From: Squalus acanthias
Taxonomy: Eukaryota
Assembly (NCBI GenBank): GCA_030390025.1
Contig: CM059432.1
Location: forward strand, 15,068,001 to 15,132,000
Reading direction: 5' to 3'
Length of the DNA stretch: 64,000 nt
In this document: positions 37,643 through 50,475 of the stretch, in pieces
Layout of the letters: each line of letters begins with the position of its first letter
Numbering within the stretch: the stretch's first letter is position 1
Program-made: the position numbers and the translations under genes
The notes under the pieces: model-generated
What the model was told of the DNA's origin: nothing
What the model saw: only the letters and a program-made list of their open reading frames with translations
Databases searched by the model: none

Positions 37643-39175
37643 TCTGATCAACAAACACAGAACCACGGGAGTGTGCAACTGCCATCAAGGCTCCAATAAT
37701 ATTTCTACATCTCATAAGCCAAAAAGCAACACTGCACTATTATCTATGATCAGCAAAGAAAAAAGTAAATTAAAAATCCAAATCTCCTCTTCGCTACGCT
37801 AGACAACGGCGCGCACAGGGAGTTATCTTTAATTAGCATATTGTGCACAGAGTGTAAAGCACTCCGAATAGGCTGAAAAATTGAAATTGATGATACCATC
37901 TAATGTCAGAAATGTAATTGCCAGAGTCAATTCGTATTTGGAAAAAAACACAAATTGGATTCCACCAAGCCTTTGTGCCATGCATTATTATAAGTTAGAT
38001 TGGGCTGTAGAATAATTGGCTACCCTGATGGTTCAAGTGGTAAATGGACTGGCCAGTGTGGAACTGATCTATGCAGACCAGGAAGGTTCTGGGTTTGATC
38101 CTTGCTCTTTGCTGAGTGAACCGAACTCCGCTATATCCTGCTCCTGATTGTTTTCCTGTATCTGCTGCTGGAAAGTAACCGAACATGAATGAGAACAGGA
38201 TCAGGCTCAGCTGTAAAGCCCTCAACAACAACTTGCATTTATATCGGGCCTTTAACATAGTAAAACGTCCCAAGGCGCTTCACAGGATTGAAGGAGCGCA
38301 GAGATTTCGGTGGGATGTAGGGCTGGAGGAGATTACAGAGATAGGGAGGGGCGAGGCCATGGAGGGATTTGAAAACAGGGATGAGGCCGGGAGCCAATGT
38401 AAGTCAGTGAGCTCACGGTTGCACCATGTCAAATCTGAACCCTGGTCAGTCAGAGAGATTCCATACAGAACATTTGTATAAGTGAATTACACCTCCTGTG
38501 AAATAAAGGGCTGTGGCCATAACAGACAAAACTGGGATTGGAATTCCAAATGAAAAATGAATTGGCTCAGTGTCCCACTGAAATACTTCAATCACTTGCC
38601 AGGTTGGGACAAGCCAATAGGCTTCTCTGACTTTGGTGAGCAACCAGTTTAAGACTCTGAGTGAGACTTGCTAAACATAAGCCATTCTGTGCTTTATTCA
38701 ATCTTATTTCATTATTGGCTGTAAAACTTCAATTCTCGCCAGGAGCTGTGAATAGGGAGGCAACCAGTTAAATACAAAGTCAATCGTGGCACGCAAGACC
38801 AACACTTACGGGGAGTGTTGGGACACGGAACCGATCACCTGCCTCACTGAGTGCCCAATTTCTCAGTTGTGTTGTCATGGTGACTTGCTGAGCACAGGCC
38901 AGATGCTTCGTTTGAGAAAGAAAGAGAAATATCAGAGGGAGAGTTATTGCCAAACCACCCTCGCCAACGTATCAGCAGTGAGCTCAAGGACAACAAAGGC
39001 TTCCTTGGCTCTACACATGGGTGCCTGGCGAGGACCAGGTAAAAAAGGCAAGCAAAAAAAGGACAACATATACTGGAAAAAAAGGAGCAAAATACTTTGC
39101 CTAGCATACATGTGGAGGAGTAGGCAAGAGCCAGCTCACTTCCATCCTCAGCTGCACTGTCCTGGGATTTCAATT

Positions 39176-39580
39176 ATTTTTTATTCATTCACGGGATGTG
39201 GGCGTCGCTGAAAAGGCCAGCATTTCTTGCTCATCCCTAATTGCCCTTGAGAAGGCGGTGGTGAGCCGCCTTATACAAGTTATACAACTGGGTGGCTTGC
39301 TAGGCCATTTCAGAGGGCAGTTAAGAGTGAACCACAACCAAGGATCTGGAGCCAGACCGGGTAAGGACGCCAGAATTCCTTCCCTAAAGGGCATTAGTGA
39401 ACCAGATGGGTTTTTACAACAATCCAGATGTTTCATGGTCACTATTACTAATACTAGCTTTTTATTCCAGCTTTATTCAATTGAATTTAAATTCCCCAGC
39501 TGCCGTGGTGAGATTTGAACTCATGTCTCCGGATCATTAGGCCAGGCCTCTTAAATACTAGTCCAGTAACATGGCTGCTA
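39176..39580 (-). mobile_element. SINE-like element made of the 5' head and 3' tail of the 8485 LINE
   Basis: Reverse complement matches about 8500-8780 joined to about 11664-11761. Confidence 0.8.
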
Positions 39581-39808
39581 TCTGAAAATAAGCATTTTAT
39601 TTGAAAGTATGGAATGTATCTTGAAGTTCTGGCAGAAAATGTGCAGGAATCCACAACTCGCCTCCGTGTACATCAAGCACGACGGTAAGGCTAACGACCT
39701 CATTTTAAGGCCATTACCTCCCCATTAACAGCAGGTGCAGGCACTCAAAATTGAGCCATGTCTAGCAAGAGTGTTTGAGCTGAGCTTTTGGAATAATTGA
39801 GATTTGTT

Positions 39809-40650
39809 GGCCTAGAAATTGGTCCGCGCAGGGTTCGGGCGCTGCTCAGACTACTATTGCCCCAACATGGCGGGCAGGTAGCGTGCGACGTTTACGTCCA
39901 GTAATGCGCCGCCCACCATATTGGGTAACGACAAACAACAGGCATCCTTTACCCATGCCTGAAGCAGGCGTTAGGTCCTATGCATATGCAGACAAGGACT
40001 TATTGCCTGTCTGAAGGCCCCAAATGCAAGATTGTGTTTTCTTGAGGCAGCCAGAGCCATCATGGACTGCACTCAGGGAAACCAGCCCTAGGGATTGCCT
40101 GCAACAAAGAAGGGAAGTAACTTACCTGAACTTGGAGCTGGAAGGAGCAGGAGTGTTTCTACCGACCCCCACCCCAGTGCCGTCGCTCCCTGCCTGACCC
40201 CTGCCATCACCGGTCCCAACCCAGACCCAACCCTCAACCCCCGACGCCCAACCCTGACCCATGCCCCAATCCCTGACCCAGGCCCTGATCCCTGACCCAG
40301 GCCCCGCGTTCTTTCATCACCCAAACGCTGGATCCCTGGCCAGGTGTTCCCTCGCACCCCCCATCCCCGCGTTCCCATACTCCCCAATTCCTGGATCCCT
40401 GGCCCCGTGTTCCTTCCCTCCCTCCCCCCCAATTCTCGGACCCCGGTCTCTGGCTCTACGTTCTCTGGACCCACTAACCTGAGGGCCGCTGCGACACGAG
40501 CAATGGCCCAATTTTTCACTAGTCTTAGCCAGCGGGCTGTTGCACCACACCAGCACCATTATAATGAGGCCCAATGCTCAATAGTTGAGAAGCCTCGGGC
40601 CTCACTATTCTGGCACGACGAATGTATCGCACAGCCTGAATTTCTGGGCC
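39809..40650. mobile_element. Probable non-autonomous DNA transposon
   Basis: GGCCTAGAAATT ... AATTTCTGGGCC (11/12); CpG-rich with a C-rich low-complexity interior. Confidence 0.55.
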
Positions 40651-41578
40651 CATATCTTTACATGTTTTAAATTATATGAGTTTTTATATACATAAGTGTA
40701 GCTAAAACTGGTTACAAATGTATAAATTGAACAGCACCATTGAGGATTAATCAGTCAAATAATGATGGAGCTGTTTATTGAAAATGACTCAACGCCGAAT
40801 GAATTCAAAATGATGGATTCATAGTAAAAGATTATAAATTCTCACATTAAGTAGTGAAATGTTGTAGTAAAAATACCTTCTGTACTTATAACACGGAATG
40901 TCTGATTTAAGTTACTGTAGTAACCAACCTTATGTAAATTGATAGAAAGTAAAGTAAAATTAATCAGCATGCAGCCTTATTAATATAAAATTGAGGGCTT
41001 CCAGCCCCTCCAAGGAATAGTCATGCAAGAATATGCAGGGTGGGGAGAAGTACTTGTAGTTTAGGGAGGAGACAATTGGCTTGGGCTCCAGTTCCTGATT
41101 GCCACACCTATGGATGCAGCGTGAGGACACAATTGGATTTACCTGGAGAACCCCATGGTTGAACGGCCTGCTAACACTCTCCCGTCTAGCTCCCATGTGA
41201 GTAATGGCCATGCGGTGAGATCCCCAATGGCAGTCAGTGCGCTCACGAACATAGGAGTTGCTAGACAAAGAAAGACCGTCTAGTTCGCCTTCGACATTCA
41301 TCCCGTTGGTTGTTATTACAACAATAATGAAGTTGTTGACTAATGATAGCGATCAATCCCCATCAATTAGTCGACAACAGACCCAGTCATGACATGAGGA
41401 AACCCTCAGTGGTGGAGAGCTTTGGGAACCATAGGTCCAACATCACCTTTTACCTCCCAAGCACGCTACACTTACCACATGTCATGTCTCAAATTACTCC
41501 TATACTGTATCCCATACAGTTCAGGATACTACTGAGAACTAATTTTTGGTTTATTACAAAAACAGCTTACATTTATAT

Positions 41579-41677
41579 GAATCTGACGAAAGGTCATCGA
41601 CCTGAAACGTTAACTCTGTTTCTCTCTCCACAGATGCTGCCTGACCTGCTGAGTGTTTCCAGCATTTTCTGTTTTTA
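41579..41677 (+). mobile_element. Penelope-like fragment with minimal hammerhead core, inserted in an L2 tail
   Basis: CTGACGA-A-AGGTC(atc)GACCT-GAAA-CG-TT-AACTC from 41583; flanking direct repeat TTACATTTATAT at 41567-41578 and 41678-41689. Confidence 0.8.
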
Positions 41678-42968
41678 TTACATTTATATAGCACCTTTAA
41701 AGTAGTAAAACTTCCTAAGGCGCTTTATAGGGGCGTTATCAAACAAAATTTAACACCAGGCCTGGTTACTCACAGATGGTGGACTCGACATTCCGATTAA
41801 AAATGTTTATTTTTTTGTGATGAACCCATCTTCAGCTGTATTAAAAAAACTGAAGGTTACCACTCTTAGATACATCAAGGAATTTTTTTTTAAATGAAAG
41901 AGGAGAAAATAAAACAATTACGTTGAAAAAACCGCTGCCCCTTTGTGCCGGTTCATGGGAGATTTGACCTTTGCGATGATGCACATGAGTTTGAGCAGAA
42001 ACTTGAACCATAACTTCACTTCGGAAAACCAGCGCGATTTCGAGCGCAATTTGCGCACGGATTGCCGATTGCGCCCAAAGCGGAAACTCTACCCCCATTA
42101 TGTTTACTTCTTTAATATTCACAGCTGATAAAGAAAATGTGTGAAGCACTAAAAGCGCACTGTCCTGAAAATCATCCAATTCCCACTTTGGATCAAAAGC
42201 GCAAAGCAGCGATATCTCCACAAATGTTTGTTAACTTGCCTCATTATGTCTTTTCATACATATGAAGAATATTTTGACGTTATACTCCCTAAATTACCTT
42301 TTTTCACTTACTTTATACAAAGCATTTAGTTTAACAGTCACCAGCAGCTGGGCTTAAAAAATTACAATGTATTTTAACAAGCACAATAAACCTTAATTGT
42401 TCAAAATTGCTCAGACTATAACATTTTGTAAATCTTAGCAGATGGCCAGCAGTCACTATTCATTTTGGAGCAGCTCACAAACGCTGGCATTTTCTCTGGC
42501 CACCTCATCATGTTATCATTATGATTACACCACGCTCCATTTTAAAGAAAAAAATCATTCTGCGTTAAATGTTTTACTACACTGTTGTCCATCATTTAGT
42601 ATTGTAATCAAACACATTCAGTGCCGCCATATGCTACTCTCATTTTGCTTTCTCCTGCAGCTGACACCACTGAGAGACTAAAAAGTGACAAGCCAGGTGT
42701 TAGGAGTTGCGAGATGTCAGTCCACATTGTTTCAGTGTTGATCGGGAATGACAGGTTCCTACCGTTCTTTGTTGCAGTGAGGATGACAAAAGCCTACTTG
42801 GGTAATCTTCTCCAGCCATATGTCTCAGCCTGCACCCTTCGTTCTTCTAATTCTGGATTACTGCCCCTTCCTCCACTCAATCATCGGATGCTGACCTTCC
42901 ATTCATTACGTCCCCGTCCTCTGCTTTTCTATTTCTCTCGCTGCCTTCAAACGCCTCCTAAACACCAT

Positions 42969-43105
42969 GGGGTAGATTTTCATCTTCGCTGCATGGGTGG
43001 TAACCTGGAGGAGCAGCTCGCCCGCCCTTTACAGAACCAGCTTTAGTATCATTTCATTAAAATCAATGGCATGAGCTCCAGGTGGTGAAGACAAAAATCT
43101 TCCCC
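42969..43105. mobile_element. Small MITE-like element
   Basis: GGGGTAGATTTT ... AAAATCTTCCCC (11/12). Confidence 0.45.
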
Positions 43106-43169
43106 CCCCATGTCTTCAACCGTGCTTTTGGTCACCTCCAGTAAATTCCTTCGCTTCCTGCTCAGTGGA

Positions 43170-43560
43170 ATCATCCGTGGCTCAGTTGGTAGTACTCGCG
43201 CTTCCGAGTCAGAAGGCCGTGAGTTCATCGTCAGATGCGACATTAAGCTGAAGCCGCGTTGGCCCTCTCAAGTGGACGTAAAAGATCCCGTGGCACTATT
43301 TCGGAGAAGAGCAAGGGAGTTGTCCTCTGTGTCCTGGCCAATATTTATCTCTCAATCAACATCACTAAAGACAGATTATCTGGATCCTCATCTCATTGCT
43401 GTTTGTGGGAGCTTGCTGTGCACAAATTGGCTGCCGCGTTTCCTATATTACAACAGTGACTGCACTTCAAAAAGTTCTTCGTTGGCTGTAAAGTGCTTTG
43501 GGACGTCCTGAAACCGTGCAAGTGAAAGGCGCTATTTAAATGCAAGGCTTTCTTTTCTTT
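43170..43560 (+). mobile_element. Deu-core SINE with internal deletion
   Basis: ccgtggctcagttggtag head, gtggacgtaaaagatccc core and L2-like tail. Confidence 0.8.
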
Positions 43561-45247
43561 CTTTCAGTGTCCACCTTTGTAAATTGCTCTGAAATGTATA
43601 GCCTCAATTTTTGCGATCCCGACAAAAGTGGTGCTCTATTGGCCCAAAGCTCGGGCACGCCTGCACCTGTAGCTCAGGCAGCGGGCTGCACCGAGTTACG
43701 CAATGTATGCCCCCCTCCATTTGATTACAGGCCAGGGCAAAGTTGGCAGAGAGAGCTTGGCAATGCAATTTTGTGATCTTGGTGGGGATCACAAAACTCC
43801 GACATGGGAGCAGCTTTTAAAGAGTTGCAATTCATCAAAGAAGGGGGAAACTGGTGGTGGTTGAGAAATAGTGGAGTCATTGATCGCAACGGCACAGTGG
43901 AGATGTGGGCAACACAGTTCTTTTTGATACTTGGAGTTGGAGGCTGGAGGTAGTCCGTCAAGGGAGGGTGGCCATATTTGCAGCTGAAGGCCACTGCCAG
44001 CCGCACGGAGGGAGGTCACTTCCTGAGTCAAGACAACAACTCGACTCCCTTGGCGGCTGGCTGCTAATGAGGAACACAACGCGCCGCTAGCAGGAGCAAG
44101 GTGAAAGTGAGGGCGCCCCCCACTTTAAGACATATTCCCTGCAGGCCCATCAAGAATCGCACCAAGTTCCGTTTGCTCCCACGCATGGCCTCTACAATTC
44201 AGGCAAAAGTCCAATCATCACTGGAGTGCACTCTATGTTAAGCAACCCAAAAGCCCTTCAGTATTGGCACATCTATTGCACCAAGCTGAAAATAGTGCCC
44301 CTAGTTTTATTTTTCAGTCTGAAATAGCATTTGTGCAGTTTTCCTGGAATATACTATTATCCGGCATCCATATTTTAGATAACCCCCCCCCGTCTTTATA
44401 AAGTTACAACTTTTTAAAAACTTGAAATGGTTAATTACTGCGCTGCCAGCTTCCATTATCAAAAAGGAACATGTGCCATTGAATTTGATATCAAAGGGAT
44501 GCAGAGACAATAAAACACATTAACACGTTAGTGTCACAACCTGTTATTACACATCTTCTGTAATTTGAAACCAATTTGGCGTAATTTCTTTGCATAACAA
44601 TTATTGAGGCATATTTCAAGGAGGGAGGGGTGATATGTTGCATCGACCCTTTCACTATCAGTGTGCAGGTCTCTCTTCCTGCCGCAAATGCCACATTATC
44701 CAAACAAGGTTGAGAACCATTAAGATTATTAACTGTCTGATAGGTTGTGTTCGCAGTTTAAATGTGGTTGGCAGGACCCTTGGGCGAGCAGCTTAAAGCG
44801 TACAATTATCACTGTAATTAAACAGGTGCAATGATTCACTTCGTAAATGACTGCTGTTACAGATTCCACGGAACCATGATTGAGGATGGCAGAATTTTAC
44901 TCCTACCCAACTTAATTGCTTTGCCATTACCTTATCAGCATCACACAGCCCCTCAAGCCAGTTATTAACATGGCACGTGCTGCTCGATGACCAATGCCTG
45001 CTTCGTACAGCTCGAGTTTATAAACAAAAATGAAATCTGTAATGGTGCATGGCAAGCAATCTTCTTTCTATTACCAGAGGGCTTTCTGAATTGTGCTTTG
45101 CTCAATTTTCCCTGTGCCTTTAAACCTAACTCATGAGCTTAACAATACGACTCACAGCATTATCAAAATAATAAGGGTAGCACTGACCAAAAAAAAACCA
45201 AGACTGCACTCCCCTGACAGCTCAGTTGGTATGTGTACTCCCCGGTA

Positions 45248-45590
45248 TTTTTTTTTAAATTTGTTCACGGGATGTGGGCGTCCCTGGCAAGGCCGGCATT
45301 TATTGCCCATCCCTAATTGAGAAGGTGGTGGTGAGCCACCTGCTTGAACCGCAGAGGGCAGTTAAGAGTCAACCACATTACTGTGGGTCTGGAGGCCAGA
45401 CCGGGTAAGGACGGCAGATTTCCTTCCCTAATGGTCATTCGTGAACCAGATGGGTTTTTAGGACAATCCGGTAGTTTTTAATTCCGGATTTCTTTAATTA
45501 ACTGAATTTAAATTCCACAGCTGCCGTGGTGGGATCATTAGTCCAGGCCTGTGGATTACTCGTCCAGTAACATAACCACTATGCTACTGT
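45248..45590 (-). mobile_element. Second SINE-like derivative of the 8485 LINE
   Basis: Same head-plus-tail structure as 39176-39580, with additional deletions. Confidence 0.8.
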
Positions 45591-45756
45591 ATGGTACTAA
45601 GTCACTCGTGTCCCAGGTTCAATTCTGCTCTATGCTGAGTCAGCTGACCTCGGCTGGTTTGGTGGAAATTCAATGCCCCTGGGCTAGGAAGGGAAATTAA
45701 AAATATCAGCCAGTGTTCCCACTCCTTATAGCAGTTCAGAACTCTTGCTGGAAATA

Positions 45757-46056
45757 CAGGTTGAGCGTCCTGAATCCGGCAACCTCGGGACCAAGGCCGA
45801 GCCAGTTTTCGTGTTTTTCTGGACTTCGGAACGTGTTTCTGATGTCCGAAGTCCGGAAATATCGCAACCTGGGCTCGGGCGTTTCCGGACTTCGGACATC
45901 AGAAACACGTTCCGAGTCCGGAAATGCCTGGGCCCGGCTGGTGGCGGAAACAGGGTGTCCGGATTCCGGAACATTTTACGGATTCCGGACGACCCTGCCA
46001 CCAATCGTCCCGGAGACCGGATTCCGCCACATTTCGGATTTTGGACGCTCAACCTG
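45757..46056. mobile_element. 300-bp Tc1/mariner-type (Tigger/pogo-like) MITE
   Basis: TA|CAGGTTGAGCGTCC ... GGACGCTCAACCTG|TA: perfect 14-bp termini that extend imperfectly, with a TA duplication. Confidence 0.9.
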
Positions 46057-47060
46057 TAGTGCAAGCAGATCTTGGCTAAGGATCAGCTCAAGCTCAGCTA
46101 CGGTAGCCCCAACATTTGAATAATCTGTCGACAGCCACTGTTTAGGCTTAAACAGCAAGGATGGCCACTTGGCTGAGGTACCAGGTGCCTTAAGGAGAAG
46201 GAAATGTTCGGAGGGAAAACAAATAACCTGCATCAAGTTATGCACTGCCATTGAGATTCATCGGGACCTGTAAGACGATGGCAGCAACCCACGTTGTGAG
46301 GTGCTCAGCGTGGCCCAGTGGAGGCAGCGAATGCAAAGGAGGCCAAGAGACAGCGCGTTAGGTTCCTGACGTTTCTTTTAATTAGGCCAGTAACATAGCT
46401 GCAGCACCTGAGCAGCACTTCTCCGTGTTCCTGGCTGCTGTCAGGCCACTCTTTCCCACATTTCTAGGTACTCCTCCACATTCCTGTAGACTCCTGACCA
46501 GCTTCCATCCGCAGGCCAGTCTACACATCATACGGTCTGTCAGCAAAAGCCGGCAGCAGCAGGGATCCAGGGCCAGGTCAGTTCTTCTTCAATTTTTTTT
46601 TTAAAGATTTCTCGTCAGTCAGGAGGAGCAGGAGGTGCTCCTCCTCGCCCCACAAGGCTACCTTGTGCCTCCTCCGCCCCAGGCACCTCCCGCCCTCCCC
46701 CTGCCCCGGGTCGCGGACTACCGCGGGAATTCGTCAAAGCGGCTGCAAAATCTGCTGGGATCCACAGGAGTTTCTTGTGGCCTTATCTGGAGGATGAACC
46801 TTCTGTCCACCCAAACAGGGTCACTGAGGCAAAACAAGGCTAAAGGCAGGAACTCCACGCAATGGGAGTTCTCATGTTCTTGGCCTCAATGGGACCCAAC
46901 ATAAGTCCGGAGACTGGAATGGTGGGTGAAGAAAGGAGTAATGACCTCCTGAAGGGCAAAAGTGGGGAGGGGGGCTGTCTTGGCCAGGGTCCTAGCCTGG
47001 ACTCCCAAAGAATCCGGGAGGTATTTTTTTTCATTTGTAGGCTCCACAAAGGTTTTTCTG

Positions 47061-47514
47061 AGACTTGTATTTATATAGACCCTTTCACGACCACCGGACG
47101 TCCCAAAGCGAATGAGGTACTTTTGCAGTATAGTCACTGTTGTAATGTAGGAAACACGGCAGCCAATGTGCACACAGCAAGCTCCCACAAATCAATAATA
47201 AACAGATGATCAATAATGACCAGATAATCTGTTTTAGTGATGTTGATTGAGGGATAAATATTGGCCAGGACACCGGGGAGAACTCCCCTGCTCTTCTTCG
47301 AAATAGTGCCGCGGGATCTTTTACGCCCACCTGAGTGAGAGAGCAGACGGGCCTCAGTTTAACATCGCATCCAACAGACGGCACCTCTGACTCCCTCAGC
47401 ATTGCACTGGAGTGTCAGCCTAGATTTTTTGTGCTCAAGTCTCTGGAGCGGGACTTGAACCCACAACCTTCTGACTGAGAGGCGAGGGTGCCACCAACTG
47501 AGCCACGGCTGACA
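47061..47514 (-). mobile_element. Full-length tRNA-headed Deu-core SINE (SacSINE1-like)
   Basis: Minus strand has A box tggctcagttgg, B box ggttcaagtcc, Deu-like core and L2-like tail. Confidence 0.85.
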
Positions 47515-48039
47515 CACAGTTGCATCACAGCTCAAACTGATCCTGTCCTGCATAGCAATCAAGAGCACAAACATTGGCTGACTTTGTCCCAGTCCCTAGT
47601 CCACAGCACCAGAAGCCAATTGTAGAAGCTCTTACAGTCACCTCATACATCAATGTTAATAAAGGACATTGATCCCGTGACACAAGTTTGCCCAGTCACA
47701 GTGCTAGATACTGAAGGACCAGCATCAGCAACAGCCCTGCAAAGACTGCATGCTTGAGAGATCACAATACTGAAGAATGTAAGTATCCCATAGACACATC
47801 ACATTAGCATCATTGTTCAGTTTAATATTTAAAGCGTCAACAATGAAATGGCTCAACTCAATGTAATCGGGCACTGCAGATTTGACTAATAAGTAAATAT
47901 GTTCCTTTGGGCACTGCTGAATAAGGATTATATGAATAATTAAAAAATACAAATGAATTGATAGCAAATTAAATAATTAGCTGATTGATGGAGCCACTTG
48001 TGTTACACAGCACTGTATATATGAATCAGTCTTGTTGAT

Positions 48040-50475
48040 CAGCACTGTATACACGGACCCAGCCATACTGTACAGCACCGTATACACGGACCCAGCCACA
48101 CTGTACAGCACCGTATACACGGACCCAGCCACACTGTACAGCACCGTATACACGGACCCAGCCACACTGTACAGCACCGTATACACAGACCCAGCCACAC
48201 TGTACAGCACCGTATACACAGACCCAGCCACACTGTACAGCACTGTATACAGACCCAGCCACACTGTACAGCACTGTATACACAGACCCAGCCACACTGT
48301 ACAGCACCGTATACACGGACCCAGCCACACTGTACAGCACCGTATACACAGACCCAGCCACACTGTACAGCACCGTATACACGGACCCAGCCACACTGTA
48401 CAGCACTGTATACAGACCCAACCATACTGTACAGCACCGTATACAAACCCAGCCATACTGTACAGCACCGTATACACGGACCCAGCCACACTGTACAGCA
48501 CTGTATACAGACCCAACCATACTGTACAGCACCGTATACACAGACCCAGCCACACTGTACAGCACCGTATACACGGACCCAGCCACACTGTACAGCACTG
48601 TATACACGGACCCAGCCATACTGTACAGCACTGTATACACGGACCCAGCCACACTGTACAGCACCGTATACACAGACCCAGCCATACTGTACAGCACCGT
48701 ATACACGGACCCAGCCACACTGTACAGCACTGTATACACGGACCCAGCCATACTGTACAGCACTGTATACACGGACCCAGCCACACTGTACAGCACTGTA
48801 TACACAGACCCAGCCATACTGTACAGCACTGTATACACGGACCCAGCCACACTGTACAGCACCGTATACAGACCCAGCCATACTGTACAGCACCGTATAC
48901 ACAGACCCAGCCATACTGTACAGCACCGTATACAGACCCAGCCATACTGTACAGCACTGTATACACAGACCCAGCCATACTGTACAGCACCGTATACACA
49001 GACCCAGCCATACTGTACAGCACTGTATACAGACCCAGCCATACTGTACAGCACCGTATACAGACCCAGCCACACTGTACAGCACCGTATACACAGACCC
49101 AGCCATACTGTACAGCACTGTATACAGACCCAGCCATACTGTACAGCACCGTATACAGACCCAGCTATACTGTACAGCACTGTATACACAGACCCAGCCA
49201 CACTGTACAGCACTGTATACAGACACAGCCATACTGTACAGCACTATATACACAGACCCAGCCATACTGTACAGCACTGTATACACGGACCCAGCCATAC
49301 TGTACAGCACCGTATACATGGACCCAGCCATACTGTACAGCACCGTATACACAGACCCAGCCACACTGTACAGCACCATATACACAGACCCAGCCACACT
49401 GTACAGCACCGTATACACAGACCCAGCCATACTGTACAGCATTGTATACACGGACCCAGCCATACTGTACAGCACCGTATACACAGACCCAGCCATACTG
49501 TACAGCACTGTATACACAGACCCAATTGAGAGGTCGCACAACACCAGGTTATAGTCCAACAGTTTTATTTGAAATCACAAGCTTTCGGAGTTACTACTCC
49601 TTCGTCGGGTGAAGGAGTAGTAACTCCGAAAGCTTGTGATTTAAAATAAAACTGTTGGACTATAACCTGGTGTTGTGCGACCTCTCAATTTTGTCCACCC
49701 CAGTCCAACACCGGCATCTCCGCATCACATACACAGACCCAGCCATACTGTACAGCACCGTATACAGACCCAGCCATACTGTACAGCACCGTATACACAG
49801 ACCCAGCCATACTGTACAGCACTGTATACAGACCCAGCCACACTGTACAGCACTGTATACAGACCCAGCCATACTGTACAGCACTGTATACACAGACCCA
49901 GCCATACTGTACAGCACTGTATACACGGACCCAGCCATACTGTACAGCACTGTATACACGGACCCAGCCACACTGTACAGCACCGTATACACAGACTCAG
50001 CCACACTGTACAGCACCGTATACACAGACCCAGCCATACTGTACAGCACTGTATACACGGACTCAGCTATACTGTACAGCACCGTATACACAGACCCAGC
50101 CATACTGTACAGCACCGTATACACAGACCCAGCCATACTGTACAGCACCGTATACACAGACCCAGCCATACTGTACAGCACCGTATACACAGACCCAGCC
50201 ATACTGTACAGCACTGGACACGGACCCAGCCATACTGTACAGCACTGTATACACAGATCCAGCCATACTGTACAGCACCGTATACAGACCCAGCCATAAT
50301 GTACAGCACCATATACAGACCCAGCCATACTGTACAGCACCGTATACAGACCCAGCCATACTGTACAGCACTGGACACGGACCCAGCCATACTGTACAGC
50401 ACTGTATACAGGCCCAGCCATACTGTACAGCACTGTATACACGGACCCAGCATACTGTACAGCACTGTATACACA
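48040..50475. repeat. 30/28-bp minisatellite, roughly 75 units, interrupted at 49524-49728
   Basis: Unit CCAGCCA(C/T)ACTGTACAGCAC(C/T)GTATACAC(A/G)GAC, with a variant lacking one CA. Confidence 0.97.
49524..49728. mobile_element. Penelope-like insert with inverted terminal-repeat arms
   Basis: Arms 49524-49603 and 49611-49690 are 79/80 complementary, followed by a 38-bp tail; ATACACAGACCC duplicated at 49512-49523 and 49729-49740; hammerhead-like motif present. The inverted repeat is certain; the family name is inferred. Confidence 0.75.

Noticed and set aside
39809..40650. CpG-rich segments as CpG-island promoters (also 32486-33251)
   Set aside because: They are bounded by terminal inverted repeats and better explained as transposon interiors.
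44491..44703. ORF containing NYAKLV, similar to R2B SNYAELV
   Set aside because: It lies on the wrong side of the FN3 exon and the rest does not match; chance similarity.
48040..50475. CRISPR-like array
   Set aside because: Units are contiguous with no unique spacers, there are no cas genes and the context is vertebrate.
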